Shown here one piece after another: positions 55,776-64,000 of a stretch of 64,000 nucleotides of DNA; position 1 is the stretch's first letter; each line of letters opens with the position of its first letter. The notes beneath the pieces are model-generated. The model ran no database searches, had not been told where the DNA came from, and saw only the letters and a list, made by a program, of their open reading frames with translations. The position numbers were made by a program, and so were the translations under genes. Source of the stretch: an uncultured Clostridia bacterium (GTDB lineage: Bacteria; Bacillota; Clostridia; Oscillospirales; CAG-272); the NCBI GenBank assembly GCA_944381085.1, contig CALWJX010000002.1, forward strand, positions 50,571 through 114,570, read 5' to 3'.

Positions 55776-56615
55776 TTATGATTCGGCAGACAGTTCGTCC
55801 GCGCGAGCCGTACATTTTTCCATCGCGGAAATCACGGCTTCGGTAAATTTATACCTTTCAAGCTCATTCAGAGCCTTCTCGGTGGTACCGCCTTTGGAGG
55901 CTACCGTGGTTATCTGTTCCATAGGAGTTTTGTTCTGAGACTTCATAAGTTCGGCGGAGCCGATTATCGTGTCGCATATGCTGTCAATAATCTGCTTTGG
56001 CTGAATACCGTCTGAAGTGTCCGACACCAACCCTTGAGCGACAGCGCCCTCGTACATTGCGTTTATGAGAGTGAAAACATAAGCAGGGGAAGAGGAGGTG
56101 ACGCTGATTATACGGTTCATTTCTTCTTCCTCAATCAGAAGAACCTTTCCCGACGAGCTGAAAATGTCACACGCGAACGCGAAATCTTCATCGCTTACAT
56201 TTTTATCGCGGCAAACAGCGCTGACTCCTTTGCCTATCAGCATGGGTGTATTCGGAAGCACTCTTACAACCGGAGCGCCGTTTACTGCGTCGGACACCGT
56301 TTTTATGCGTATGCCCGCGGCTATGGTTATAAATAGCTTATTTGAAATGTTGGGACAGTTTTTTACGAGCGGCAATATTTCCGGAAAATTCTGGGGTTTT
56401 ACCGCAAGTATGATACAGTCCGCGAGAGTCACGGCTTCCTCAGCGTTCTCAGTGACAAAAGCGCCGAGCGCCTTGTATCTGTCGCATTTTTCACTGTATT
56501 TGTCATACAGAATAATATTATCCCACCCAATCGGATTTTCCTTGCGGGAAGTAATGCCGGAAATTATGGCGCCCGCCATATTTCCGACTCCTATAAAAGC
56601 AATCTTTTTTACCAT
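55776..56615 (-). CDS. proC: Pyrroline-5-carboxylate reductase
   Basis: IAFIGVGNMAGAI Rossmann N-terminus, VKPQ, and C-terminal SKGGTTEKAL. The start is ambiguous: 56615 is preferred, and the longer ORF runs to 56642. Confidence 0.88.
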   Translation of the reverse strand: MVKKIAFIGVGNMAGAIISGITSRKENPIGWDNIILYDKYSEKCDRYKALGAFVTENAEEAVTLADCIILAVKPQNFPEILPLVKNCPNISNKLFITIAAGIRIKTVSDAVNGAPVVRVLPNTPMLIGKGVSAVCRDKNVSDEDFAFACDIFSSSGKVLLIEEEEMNRIISVTSSSPAYVFTLINAMYEGAVAQGLVSDTSDGIQPKQIIDSICDTIIGSAELMKSQNKTPMEQITTVASKGGTTEKALNELERYKFTEAVISAMEKCTARADELSAES

Positions 56616-56925
56616 TTTTATGACCATACCTTTCTGTTCCAAATCAGCTTTTATTCGGTTTGCCTCCGTTAAATCGTCGAAGTGCCTCCGGTTCCGAAAT
56701 TACTGAAGACGTGTCCGAAAATTTTTCAAACGCTATCGCCGACAATATTATATTTAATTGACACGGATTTTTCGTGATATTATTTTGACTTTAGAAATTG
56801 AGATCTGACTTAATGTTCTTTACAATATATACATTATATCACAATTTAAAGTTAATTTATATAATCTTATTTTCAACAAATGATGACTTTTTTACTAACA
56901 ATTCATTATGTACTGCAATTTAAAC

Positions 56926-57720
56926 TTAAAAGGAATTAAATCCTCTTTTTTGCGCTATTGCAAAAGCCATTACGGATACCGCGCAGCAACAGGGAAGAGA
57001 ACCGTTGAATTTTCTCGAGTAGTCAATTCGGACAACCGTATCCGCAAGGTCGAGGATTTTTCTTGAAATGCCTCTTTTTTCGCCCCCTATCACGAGCAGT
57101 ATCGCTCCGCCGAAATCGGCTTCGTTTAAAGAAACCGAGTCACGTATTCCGCCGCATATTATACGGTATCCTTTTTTCTTGAAATGAAGTACTGCCTCTG
57201 AGGGTTCATCCTCCATAATCTCAAGCAGTTCCGATGTTCCGGCGGAGGATTTTGCGACGGTTCCCGAAAATTCCATCCAGTTTCTCGGAGCCAGCACAAG
57301 TCCGTCCACACCCGCAGCATACAGCGAACGCACTGAATATCCGAAATTGTACGGGTCTTCGATTCCTTCAATTAACGCGTAAAAACCGTCGGGTTTTATA
57401 ATTGAGTCGCAAGGTTTTAAAAAACTGCGTTTGGTCGCGACGGCGGCAAAGCCTCCGTGAGTTTTACCCGAGGTAACAGAGTTCAAATAATCGGGGTCCA
57501 CTCCCGTAAGCCTGAAATTGATTTGTCTTGATTTGTTTTTTAAAAATGAGATTTCGCGTTGTTTTTTCTTTTCACAGTCTGTACTGTAAAATATTTCTGT
57601 AATTTTTCTGTCGCTTTTATTTGACGAAACCGAATTTATCAATGCGGAAATAGAAGTCATTCCCTCAAAAATATCATACGTTGCGTCGGTATTTGTATTT
57701 TTTATGCTGTCTGGCGTCAT
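56926..57720 (-). CDS. TrmH/SpoU-family RNA 2'-O-methyltransferase (RlmB-like)
   Basis: IEDPYNFGYSVRSLYAAG, ILLVIGGEKRGIS and IDYSRKFNGSLPCCCAVSV form the SPOUT knot motifs. Confidence 0.8.
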   Translation of the reverse strand: MTPDSIKNTNTDATYDIFEGMTSISALINSVSSNKSDRKITEIFYSTDCEKKKQREISFLKNKSRQINFRLTGVDPDYLNSVTSGKTHGGFAAVATKRSFLKPCDSIIKPDGFYALIEGIEDPYNFGYSVRSLYAAGVDGLVLAPRNWMEFSGTVAKSSAGTSELLEIMEDEPSEAVLHFKKKGYRIICGGIRDSVSLNEADFGGAILLVIGGEKRGISRKILDLADTVVRIDYSRKFNGSLPCCCAVSVMAFAIAQKRGFNSF

Positions 57721-57857
57721 ATTTCTCCTTGTTGTTTCCGGAAAGATTTTTACATTCCGAAATAAAAAACTAATAAATAATTAATATAAACGGTTTTTAT
57801 GTCATATATTTTTATTGTATTTCCCGAATTTATCAGAAATTTCTCAGAGGTAACGTT

Positions 57858-58145
57858 ATGATGTATTTATCATCGAGCAAGGAACGCTGTGTGGTCCTTG
57901 GAATGTACTTAGTTGAAAACAATGCGACTGTAAGAGCGGTTGCGGCACGATTCGGAATAAGTAAAAGTACGGTACATAAAGATGTAACTCAGAATCTTAA
58001 AAATGTGAACTATGCATTGTATACGGATGTTCAGCGAGTATTGAAAAAGAACAAAGAGGAGCGTCACATAAGAGGCGGGGAAGCCACAAAAATCAAGTAT
58101 AAACATGAGAGTATGCAGAAGTCCGGTAAAAATCCCGTCAAATAA
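57858..58145 (+). CDS. spoIIID: Sporulation transcriptional regulator SpoIIID
   Basis: KERCVVLGMYLVENNATVRAVAARFGISKSTVHKDV...HIRGGEATKIKY aligns along its length with B. subtilis SpoIIID from memory. Confidence 0.9.
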   Translation: MMYLSSSKERCVVLGMYLVENNATVRAVAARFGISKSTVHKDVTQNLKNVNYALYTDVQRVLKKNKEERHIRGGEATKIKYKHESMQKSGKNPVK

Positions 58146-58295
58146 AACTGCGGTTTTAAATCCGAAAATACCGAATAGGAATTTCGCGAAAATTACGTTA
58201 AGTCAAAACAGCGTTAAGGCGGTCTTTTGCCCGCGGCGGTATGAGGTATTAATATTATCAGGCGGTTCAATAAAGCTTAAAGTCAAGGAAATGCT

Positions 58296-59636
58296 TTATT
58301 TCAACCGTCTGATTTTTCCGTTGTATTTGTAAAATCTGTATTTAACCACAGACAACACGACCGCCAGTGAAACGGCAAAGAATATTACGCTTGCAATAAA
58401 CGCGCGGCTGTGTGTGTAGTCCGAAATCATTTGAATACCCGCGACTATGGAATTTTTCTCGTAGCTTTCCTTGAGCAGAAGCCTGCAGCTTCCGACGACC
58501 TTTCCGTCGTACAGCACTTTGAGCTCACCTACTTCAGTGCCGGCGGAAATAGGAGCGTCAAACGCTTCTTTGTCAAGGACTGTCTCATATACCAGATCGT
58601 TTTCGGCGTCAATATTCAACGGTATGTATACTGAAAGATCCCCGCTTGTAATATACGGAGCGTTGTCGGTTTTAAGCCCTGTAAAGCGTACGGTCGTCAT
58701 TCCGATTTCCGTACCCTCATCAATTACTTTAACCGTTCCGTAGCTTTCGGTGACCCAATCGATGAGGGTATTCGCGATATTATAAGCATAGATCTCGCTT
58801 CCGTCCTCATTTTCACTTCCGCCGAGCACCACGCAAATATAATCCGCGCCGTCGTCCTGCGCGACCGTAACAAGACTCCAGCCGCCCAAATCACCCGAAT
58901 ATCCGGCGTTCATCCCTTTGCATTTTGAATTGAAATATGCGGCGGTGGAATTGGATGAAATAAGGTAATTTCTGTTGTAAAAAGTGCGCTCATCGCTTAT
59001 GTTGTTTGCGGGTACAGTGTGCTTTAACGTCGATGATACGGTCATATAAAGCTCATTTTGGTACGCTTCCGCGGCAATTTTCAAAGTGTCGTTCGCGGTG
59101 GTCAGCATGGAGTCGGCGTCCGGGTATCCGAGCGGATTTGTGTAGTGGGTGTTCAAAGCGCCGAGTTCGCTCGCGCGTTTATTCATAAGCGCGACGAAAT
59201 CCTCGACATTTCCTCCCGCGACATATGACAATACATATGCCGCGTCATTGTAGCTTCCGCAAATCGCGCCGTAAAGCAGGTCATTGACGGAAATTTTTTC
59301 GCCCGCCGAAAGCCGCATATTGTTTCCGCTTACATCGGAAATCATCTCTTCCGTGATTGTGATGGTTTCGTTTAATCGCTGACACAGCATCTCGCACGCC
59401 AATAATCCCGTCATGATTTTGGCGGAGGTTGAGGTGTGAAGAGGTTCATCCGTGTTTTGAGATACAATCATACTGTCGGCCTGTATGTTATAAAGGCAAA
59501 CGGCTTTTGCCCCGCTTACTTCCGGCGGTGTTAATTCCGTCGCAAATACAGTAAGCGAACACGGTGCGAATACTAAAATAAAGACAAGTATGAATCCTAT
59601 TGTCTTTGATAGTTTTAAGGCTGTTTTTTTATACAT
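58296..59636 (-). CDS. PBP5/DacF-like (peptidase S11 fold) protein with non-canonical active-site motifs and a C-terminal membrane anchor
   Basis: Signal peptide present. ...HTSTSAKIMTG (where ASMTKIMT is expected), GSYNDAA (SxN retained) and GMNAGYSG (where GVKTGYTG is expected). Confidence 0.7.
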   Translation of the reverse strand: MYKKTALKLSKTIGFILVFILVFAPCSLTVFATELTPPEVSGAKAVCLYNIQADSMIVSQNTDEPLHTSTSAKIMTGLLACEMLCQRLNETITITEEMISDVSGNNMRLSAGEKISVNDLLYGAICGSYNDAAYVLSYVAGGNVEDFVALMNKRASELGALNTHYTNPLGYPDADSMLTTANDTLKIAAEAYQNELYMTVSSTLKHTVPANNISDERTFYNRNYLISSNSTAAYFNSKCKGMNAGYSGDLGGWSLVTVAQDDGADYICVVLGGSENEDGSEIYAYNIANTLIDWVTESYGTVKVIDEGTEIGMTTVRFTGLKTDNAPYITSGDLSVYIPLNIDAENDLVYETVLDKEAFDAPISAGTEVGELKVLYDGKVVGSCRLLLKESYEKNSIVAGIQMISDYTHSRAFIASVIFFAVSLAVVLSVVKYRFYKYNGKIRRLK

Positions 59637-59738
59637 TTTTTAAACCGTAATAAAATGAAGTTTGATTTCTAAAATGAACAAATTACTAAAATCAAATTTT
59701 CAAAAGTTTAATATCCGATAATTATACATTGTGAGACT

Positions 59739-60722
59739 TCAAAAAGATATCTGTTTCTTTATGAAATAATTTTTGGCGTTTTGCGCGTCGTTCTTAATTG
59801 CCTCTTTAAGCTTTTCAACATCCGCGAATTTCTTTTCGCTTCGCAGGAAAGAGTAAAATTCAGTCTTTATAATCTGACCGTAAATATCCTGATTGAAATT
59901 GTCAATGAATGTTTCACAGTTTACCGCGTGACTGTCGCTTCCGTCGGTTATTGTGGGACGGACGCCGATGTTTGAAACACCGATATGTTTTTCGCCGTTT
60001 TCAAGCGTGCAGACCGAGGAGTAAATTCCAAAGCGGGGAACAACACAGCCCTCTTTGAAGCATTGGTTTACAGTGGGAAACCCCAATTTTCTCCCGAGTT
60101 TTTTGCCGGTAAGCACTTTTGAGGTAAGAGAATACGGACGGGTGAGAAAAAGCGCGGCGTTTTCGGTGTCTCCGTTCATGATCATTTCTCTTATGGCGGT
60201 GGAACTTACCGTTGTGCCGTTTATTTTGATTTCTGGTACAATAACCGTATTATCTGCGCCGAAGCTGTTTTGCAGAGTGCAGGGCTTGCCGGTTCCGCCT
60301 CTGCCGAATGTGAAATTAAAACCGCATACTACCCCCGTGCAGCGCAGCTGATTTTTCAGATGTGATTTAATAAAATCATCGGCGCTCATATTTCCGAAAA
60401 CTTTGAAATCGCAGAGTACCACAAAGTCCATTCCGCACCTGAGCAGTTCGGCAGTCTTTTTTCTTGTGTCATAAATATAGGGAGGCGGAGACTCTGAGAG
60501 AAATTCCAGTGGATTTTGACAAAAACTCCAAGCGCCGGCTGTTTTGGCGTTTATTTTGTTTTTTAATGATAAAGCCTGTTTCAATAATTCACGGTGCGCC
60601 GCGTGAACTCCGTCAAAATTTCCGACAGCCAATACACAGCTGTCGGAAAAGTCAGGTCCGTCTTTGAGCGAGACAATACGGTATCCGGGATATTCCCGGC
60701 AAATAAGAATGTCATTTCTCAT
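59739..60722 (-). CDS. ribF: Bifunctional riboflavin kinase / FMN adenylyltransferase
   Basis: LAVGNFDGVHAAH, FTFGRGG, GFPTVN and the C-terminal kinase domain (R.E.KF). Confidence 0.92.
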   Translation of the reverse strand: MRNDILICREYPGYRIVSLKDGPDFSDSCVLAVGNFDGVHAAHRELLKQALSLKNKINAKTAGAWSFCQNPLEFLSESPPPYIYDTRKKTAELLRCGMDFVVLCDFKVFGNMSADDFIKSHLKNQLRCTGVVCGFNFTFGRGGTGKPCTLQNSFGADNTVIVPEIKINGTTVSSTAIREMIMNGDTENAALFLTRPYSLTSKVLTGKKLGRKLGFPTVNQCFKEGCVVPRFGIYSSVCTLENGEKHIGVSNIGVRPTITDGSDSHAVNCETFIDNFNQDIYGQIIKTEFYSFLRSEKKFADVEKLKEAIKNDAQNAKNYFIKKQISF

Positions 60723-61014
60723 CGGAGTCTCCCTCTAAATAAAATTTTACCATGTCCTCAAGCAGAGTGTCTCTGTCGATACCGTTTATCATATTTCTTG
60801 CGTTCCTGTAATTTGATATATGCGTCGGGTCTTCAGAAAGAATAAAGCCCAATAGCTGAGAAACCGGGTTATAGCCGCCTTCGCTTATAATTTTGCTGAT
60901 TTCAAGAATGACTTTCCGGTAATCGGATACTTTGATTTCCGTCTTTGCCGGCTCTACCTTCAAAACCTTTGACGAGATCACGGTAGAATCATTGTTTTTA
61001 TTATAATTCTTCAT
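60712..61014 (-). CDS. ireB: IreB / UPF0297 family regulatory phosphoprotein
   Basis: GGYNPVSQLLGFILSEDPTHISNYRNARNMINGIDRDTLLEDMVKFYL matches the YrzL/IreB core. ATG 61014, with GGAAAGAG upstream. Confidence 0.8.
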   Translation of the reverse strand: MKNYNKNNDSTVISSKVLKVEPAKTEIKVSDYRKVILEISKIISEGGYNPVSQLLGFILSEDPTHISNYRNARNMINGIDRDTLLEDMVKFYLEGDSDEK

Positions 61015-61031
61015 TTTGTGCTCTTTCCGTA

Positions 61032-61661
61032 TTATATACATGAACCGACGCCCAAAAACCTGTCAATAACCTCGGCTTCGGCGGCGGCAAGCCTTTTCAG
61101 ACAGTCATCGCTTTGCAAAAAAAGCGCGTCTTCGGGATTGGTATGAAACCCGTGCTCAATAAGGGCGGCGCGTCTGCACCCGGAGGCTACGCTTGCCCGT
61201 ATGACGCCGTAATAATCGACCCCGGGTTTATCGGGATATTCCCGTGTTTTTATACCTCTGTCCGGAGTGTTCATAACTTTGCTGACTTCCCGATTCAGCG
61301 CCATAAAAAACGGCACGTCCTCTTCGTCGGTGAGCGAATAATAAGTTACCGCACCCCTTACGGAATGATACGCGTCCTTGTCCGACGCAGGTCCGGGAGC
61401 GTTTGAATGGATTGACAAAAACAGAATCGCGTTGTTTTTTCCGGCGGTCTCGCCGCGCTCGGAAAGGGAAGGATCATCCCAGACATTTTTCCTTGTCAAT
61501 ATCACTTCAAAGTTTCTTTTTTCAAGTTCGGCTTTGAGATATGAGGCAAGAACAAAATTCTGAGTTCCCTCAAAAAAGTCTCCTTCATAGTTTTCACAGG
61601 GAAAATGTCGGTTTCCGTACTGACCGTGTCCGGGATCCAAAACTATAGTTCCTATTGACAT
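61032..61661 (-). CDS. N-acetylmuramoyl-L-alanine amidase (Amidase_3), no signal peptide
   Basis: VLDPGHG, LFLSIHSNA and ALIEHGFHTN are the metal-ligand contexts. Confidence 0.8.
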   Translation of the reverse strand: MSIGTIVLDPGHGQYGNRHFPCENYEGDFFEGTQNFVLASYLKAELEKRNFEVILTRKNVWDDPSLSERGETAGKNNAILFLSIHSNAPGPASDKDAYHSVRGAVTYYSLTDEEDVPFFMALNREVSKVMNTPDRGIKTREYPDKPGVDYYGVIRASVASGCRRAALIEHGFHTNPEDALFLQSDDCLKRLAAAEAEVIDRFLGVGSCI

Positions 61662-61737
61662 ACAGATATATTCTCCTTTCGTTCAGGCGTTCGGAAAAAA
61701 AGAAGCGGAAGTCTTGATTTATGACCTGTAAACAAAG

Positions 61738-62262
61738 TCATTCTTTACTGCCTGTAAGCTCTTCTCTGTCTATGAGCCTTTTCTGACATCCGAACCTTTT
61801 CGCAAGCGCGATATCGATACAGTAAACGATTCCCGATACAAAGAAAACAATAATGAAAATACCGTATCCCATGCCGTCGATTTGTTCTGAGGAGACGAGG
61901 GAAGACCCGTACTCTATTATGGCGGAGATAAAACGTACCCCGCCCGCGACAAAGCTCTGGAAACCGAAGAGCAGCGCAAATAAAAAGTGAATAATCACGG
62001 CGGTAAGAGATGATAAAATTGTCAGAAGCGGTGAAAATTTAACCTCACGGTATCCTTCTCTGAAAGCGAGAATAAATATAAGCCCCAATACGACTACCGT
62101 GTATATCGCGATTCTTATTATACACAGGTAGAAATAATCTATTTCGACCAATAAATTCAGCACTTTAACCGTAAACGCTTCTACAAGCATCGCGCAGAAA
62201 CACGAAGCGAACATATAAAGCGCGTATATAGCCGTGTTCAGCAGATAATCAAGTTTTTTCAT
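61738..62262 (-). CDS. Hypothetical polytopic membrane protein
   Basis: Four to five TM helices. Starts 6 nt after the DUF1836 stop. No family recognised. Confidence 0.55.
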   Translation of the reverse strand: MKKLDYLLNTAIYALYMFASCFCAMLVEAFTVKVLNLLVEIDYFYLCIIRIAIYTVVVLGLIFILAFREGYREVKFSPLLTILSSLTAVIIHFLFALLFGFQSFVAGGVRFISAIIEYGSSLVSSEQIDGMGYGIFIIVFFVSGIVYCIDIALAKRFGCQKRLIDREELTGSKE

Positions 62263-62268
62263 TTGATT

Positions 62269-62865
62269 TCAGGCTTCTGTCGCGCAATTTGAATATAAGT
62301 CTTCAAGCATATTGTCCGAGTAGCGTTTGATGAGCGCGGCATAATATGCTACCACAATTATTTCAAGCGCGTTTGTAAGCCTTTCTTTTGCTCCTTTGAC
62401 AGTTTCGTGATAATCGGAGGTGATTTTTGCGATTGCCTCCCGGATAGAACCGAGCGAGCATACTTCGTATGTCATAAGGGTATCGAGAATTTTGCATATA
62501 TAATCGTAAAGCACTGAGTCTTCTATGATGTCGTCGCTTCTGTCATCCACTTTTCCGTTGATATACTGTATGAGAAAAGCGATTTTGTCAAGCTGCATAC
62601 AAGAACGCAGCATGTTGATGATAAGAATATGGGCGACTTGGTTTATGTTATATTTTTTCAGCTTGGAATTTTCCACCCAACCGCGCTTTGTCCAATTCTG
62701 AAGCGTTGAACCGTCAATGCCGGATACGTCGCGTATCTGAGAAAGCATGACGCCGTTTGAAATAAAAAACATTTTCTTTAAAAATTCTATCCCGGTCGTG
62801 CCGCCCGCTTCTTCACGAAGCAGTTTTGTGCCCGGAATAAAGTCGTCTTTGATTTGAAGATTCAT
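62269..62865 (-). CDS. DUF1836 (MerR-like HTH) domain protein
   Basis: MLSQIRDVSGIDGSTLQNWTKRGWV...KKYNINQVAHILIINMLR fits the DUF1836 pattern. AGGAGGAA lies 8 nt upstream. Confidence 0.65.
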   Translation of the reverse strand: MNLQIKDDFIPGTKLLREEAGGTTGIEFLKKMFFISNGVMLSQIRDVSGIDGSTLQNWTKRGWVENSKLKKYNINQVAHILIINMLRSCMQLDKIAFLIQYINGKVDDRSDDIIEDSVLYDYICKILDTLMTYEVCSLGSIREAIAKITSDYHETVKGAKERLTNALEIIVVAYYAALIKRYSDNMLEDLYSNCATEA

Positions 62866-63164
62866 AATTTTTATTCCTCCTGCGTTCCATATGTTTATTA
62901 ATATAATCTATGATAATCACATAAAAAACATAAAACCGTCTGTAAACTTTACAAATTTTTATCTTAATATATACCTATTATATCGGACAGTCGTAAGATT
63001 GTCAATACCCTTGATACAAAAAACAAAATATTTTACACTTAATCTACATATTATATAATAAAAATCCCGTGTAAACCGCATAAAATGATATTTATTTAAT
63101 ATCAAATATAAAATAAGTAATTAGATTTATTTTGATTTATCATTCAGTATCGGAGGACGGATAA

Positions 63165-63851
63165 TTGAAAGTACATATGAGTTACGGCGCGATTTTAATT
63201 ATTATATGTGCATTTTTGTCTGAAAACAAATTAATTTTTTTAATATATCTTACTTCGGCGTTTTTTCATGAAGTCGGGCATATTATATGTGCGAAAGCAC
63301 TCGGAATCAAGCTGAAAAAAATATGTCTTGATTTTGCCGGGGCAAGAATTTATCCCGAAAACAATCTGAACTCATATAAGTCGGAGTGGCTGCTGTGTTT
63401 CGGAGGACCTTTGGCGAACCTGACGGTTGCATTTGTCTGTTACATATGTTTTTGCTTTTATACGAGCAATGGATTTTTCGGCATTTCCGCGGTACAGGAT
63501 ATTTTTATGTGTGCTTGGAATTTCGCGGAGTCACAAAGTATAAGTTTTCCGGGTACGGTGAGTATGCTTATACTGTTTTCGCTGTTTCAGGCTTTTATTA
63601 ATCTGATGCCGGTATCGACTCTTGACGGGGGGAGAATGTTCGGATGCGTCTGCTCATATCTGTTCGGCGAATCCTTTTCCCAAAAGGCTTTGACATTCAT
63701 GTCACTTATAGTTTCGGTGATCTTATGGATGATTTCGGTCTATCTGCTGCTCAGGGTAAACGCGGGGCTCGCGCTGTTTTCATTTTCGCTTTGCATGTTC
63801 TGTAAAATTATGGATAATCCCGAAGAGAGACGTTTAAACAGTACGATATAA
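63165..63851 (+). CDS. M50 family site-2 metalloprotease (SpoIVFB-like, no CBS domain)
   Basis: FFHEVGHIICA (HExxH) and NLMPVSTLDGGRMF. Polytopic. TTG start with GGAGGA 9 nt upstream. Confidence 0.75.
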   Translation: MKVHMSYGAILIIICAFLSENKLIFLIYLTSAFFHEVGHIICAKALGIKLKKICLDFAGARIYPENNLNSYKSEWLLCFGGPLANLTVAFVCYICFCFYTSNGFFGISAVQDIFMCAWNFAESQSISFPGTVSMLILFSLFQAFINLMPVSTLDGGRMFGCVCSYLFGESFSQKALTFMSLIVSVILWMISVYLLLRVNAGLALFSFSLCMFCKIMDNPEERRLNSTI

Positions 63852-63978
63852 AGATTAAACAAAAAAACAATTAAGTACTTGACATTTAATTGTGAGTGTA
63901 ATATAATTTACAAAAACGGAATTCTGTTTTTTCAAATAAAGATTTAAAAACGCAACTTAAATATTCGGAGGATTGGTC

Positions 63979-64000
63979 ATGAAAATCGGAATATGTACGA
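63979..64000 (+). CDS. 5' end of an unidentified CDS running out of the window
   Basis: GGAGG, 7 nt, then ATG. MKIGICT... Too short to assign. Confidence 0.4.

Noticed and set aside
56616-56925. Possible T-box or other leader upstream of proC, and ARG boxes in 52133-52384 upstream of argG.
   Set aside because: No T-box core or convincing TGAAT-N4-ATTCA-type palindromes were found by eye. The regions are simply AT-rich.
1-64000. Searched for CRISPR arrays, tRNA/rRNA genes, IS elements, integrases, phage genes and toxin-antitoxin pairs.
   Set aside because: No regularly spaced repeats were seen, and no GTTCGAATC-type T-arm contexts. No transposase, recombinase or nuclease/helicase defence-type ORFs appear in the six-frame track. 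A manual scan cannot exclude small RNAs.

Overview
64-kb chromosomal window from a moderately low-GC, endospore-forming Firmicute. The gene content is Clostridia-like: PolC, spoIIID, pdaA, a SpoIVFB-like M50 protease and IreB. I support about 55 protein genes. By eye I found no rRNA or tRNA, no CRISPR array, and no transposase, integrase or phage genes, so this is mostly ordinary core chromosome. Nt 1-39578 is almost all plus-strand housekeeping: Na+-decarboxylase subunits, rsmE, greA, pyk, glyA (minus), thrS, and the conserved block pyrH-frr-uppS-cdsA-dxr-rseP-ispG-polC. From 39.8 kb onward most genes are on the minus strand: two GH78-type glycosidases flanking a small accessory patch, argG-argH, proC, ribF, and cell-wall and sporulation genes. 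Six things seem most worth a second look. (1) An orphan two-gene HgdC-like double activase plus dehydratase/double-cubane-like module (9219-13539). (2) A translationally coupled VTC (CYTH/TTM-like) domain gene plus a DUF4956 membrane gene (47852-49293). (3) A 7.5%-Cys protein with a run of seven consecutive Cys codons behind a SigK-like promoter (45026-45974). (4) A deletion scar that joins 36 codons of a LytTR-type response regulator to the C-terminal half of an FtsX permease (46096-47048). (5) A PBP5/DacF-like protein whose SxxK and KTG motifs read TSAK and NAG (58296-59636). (6) Several unexplained non-coding elements: a triple direct repeat, a hairpin-dense 300-nt spacer and a glyA leader hairpin. 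All family assignments come from motif recognition by eye; no database search was run.
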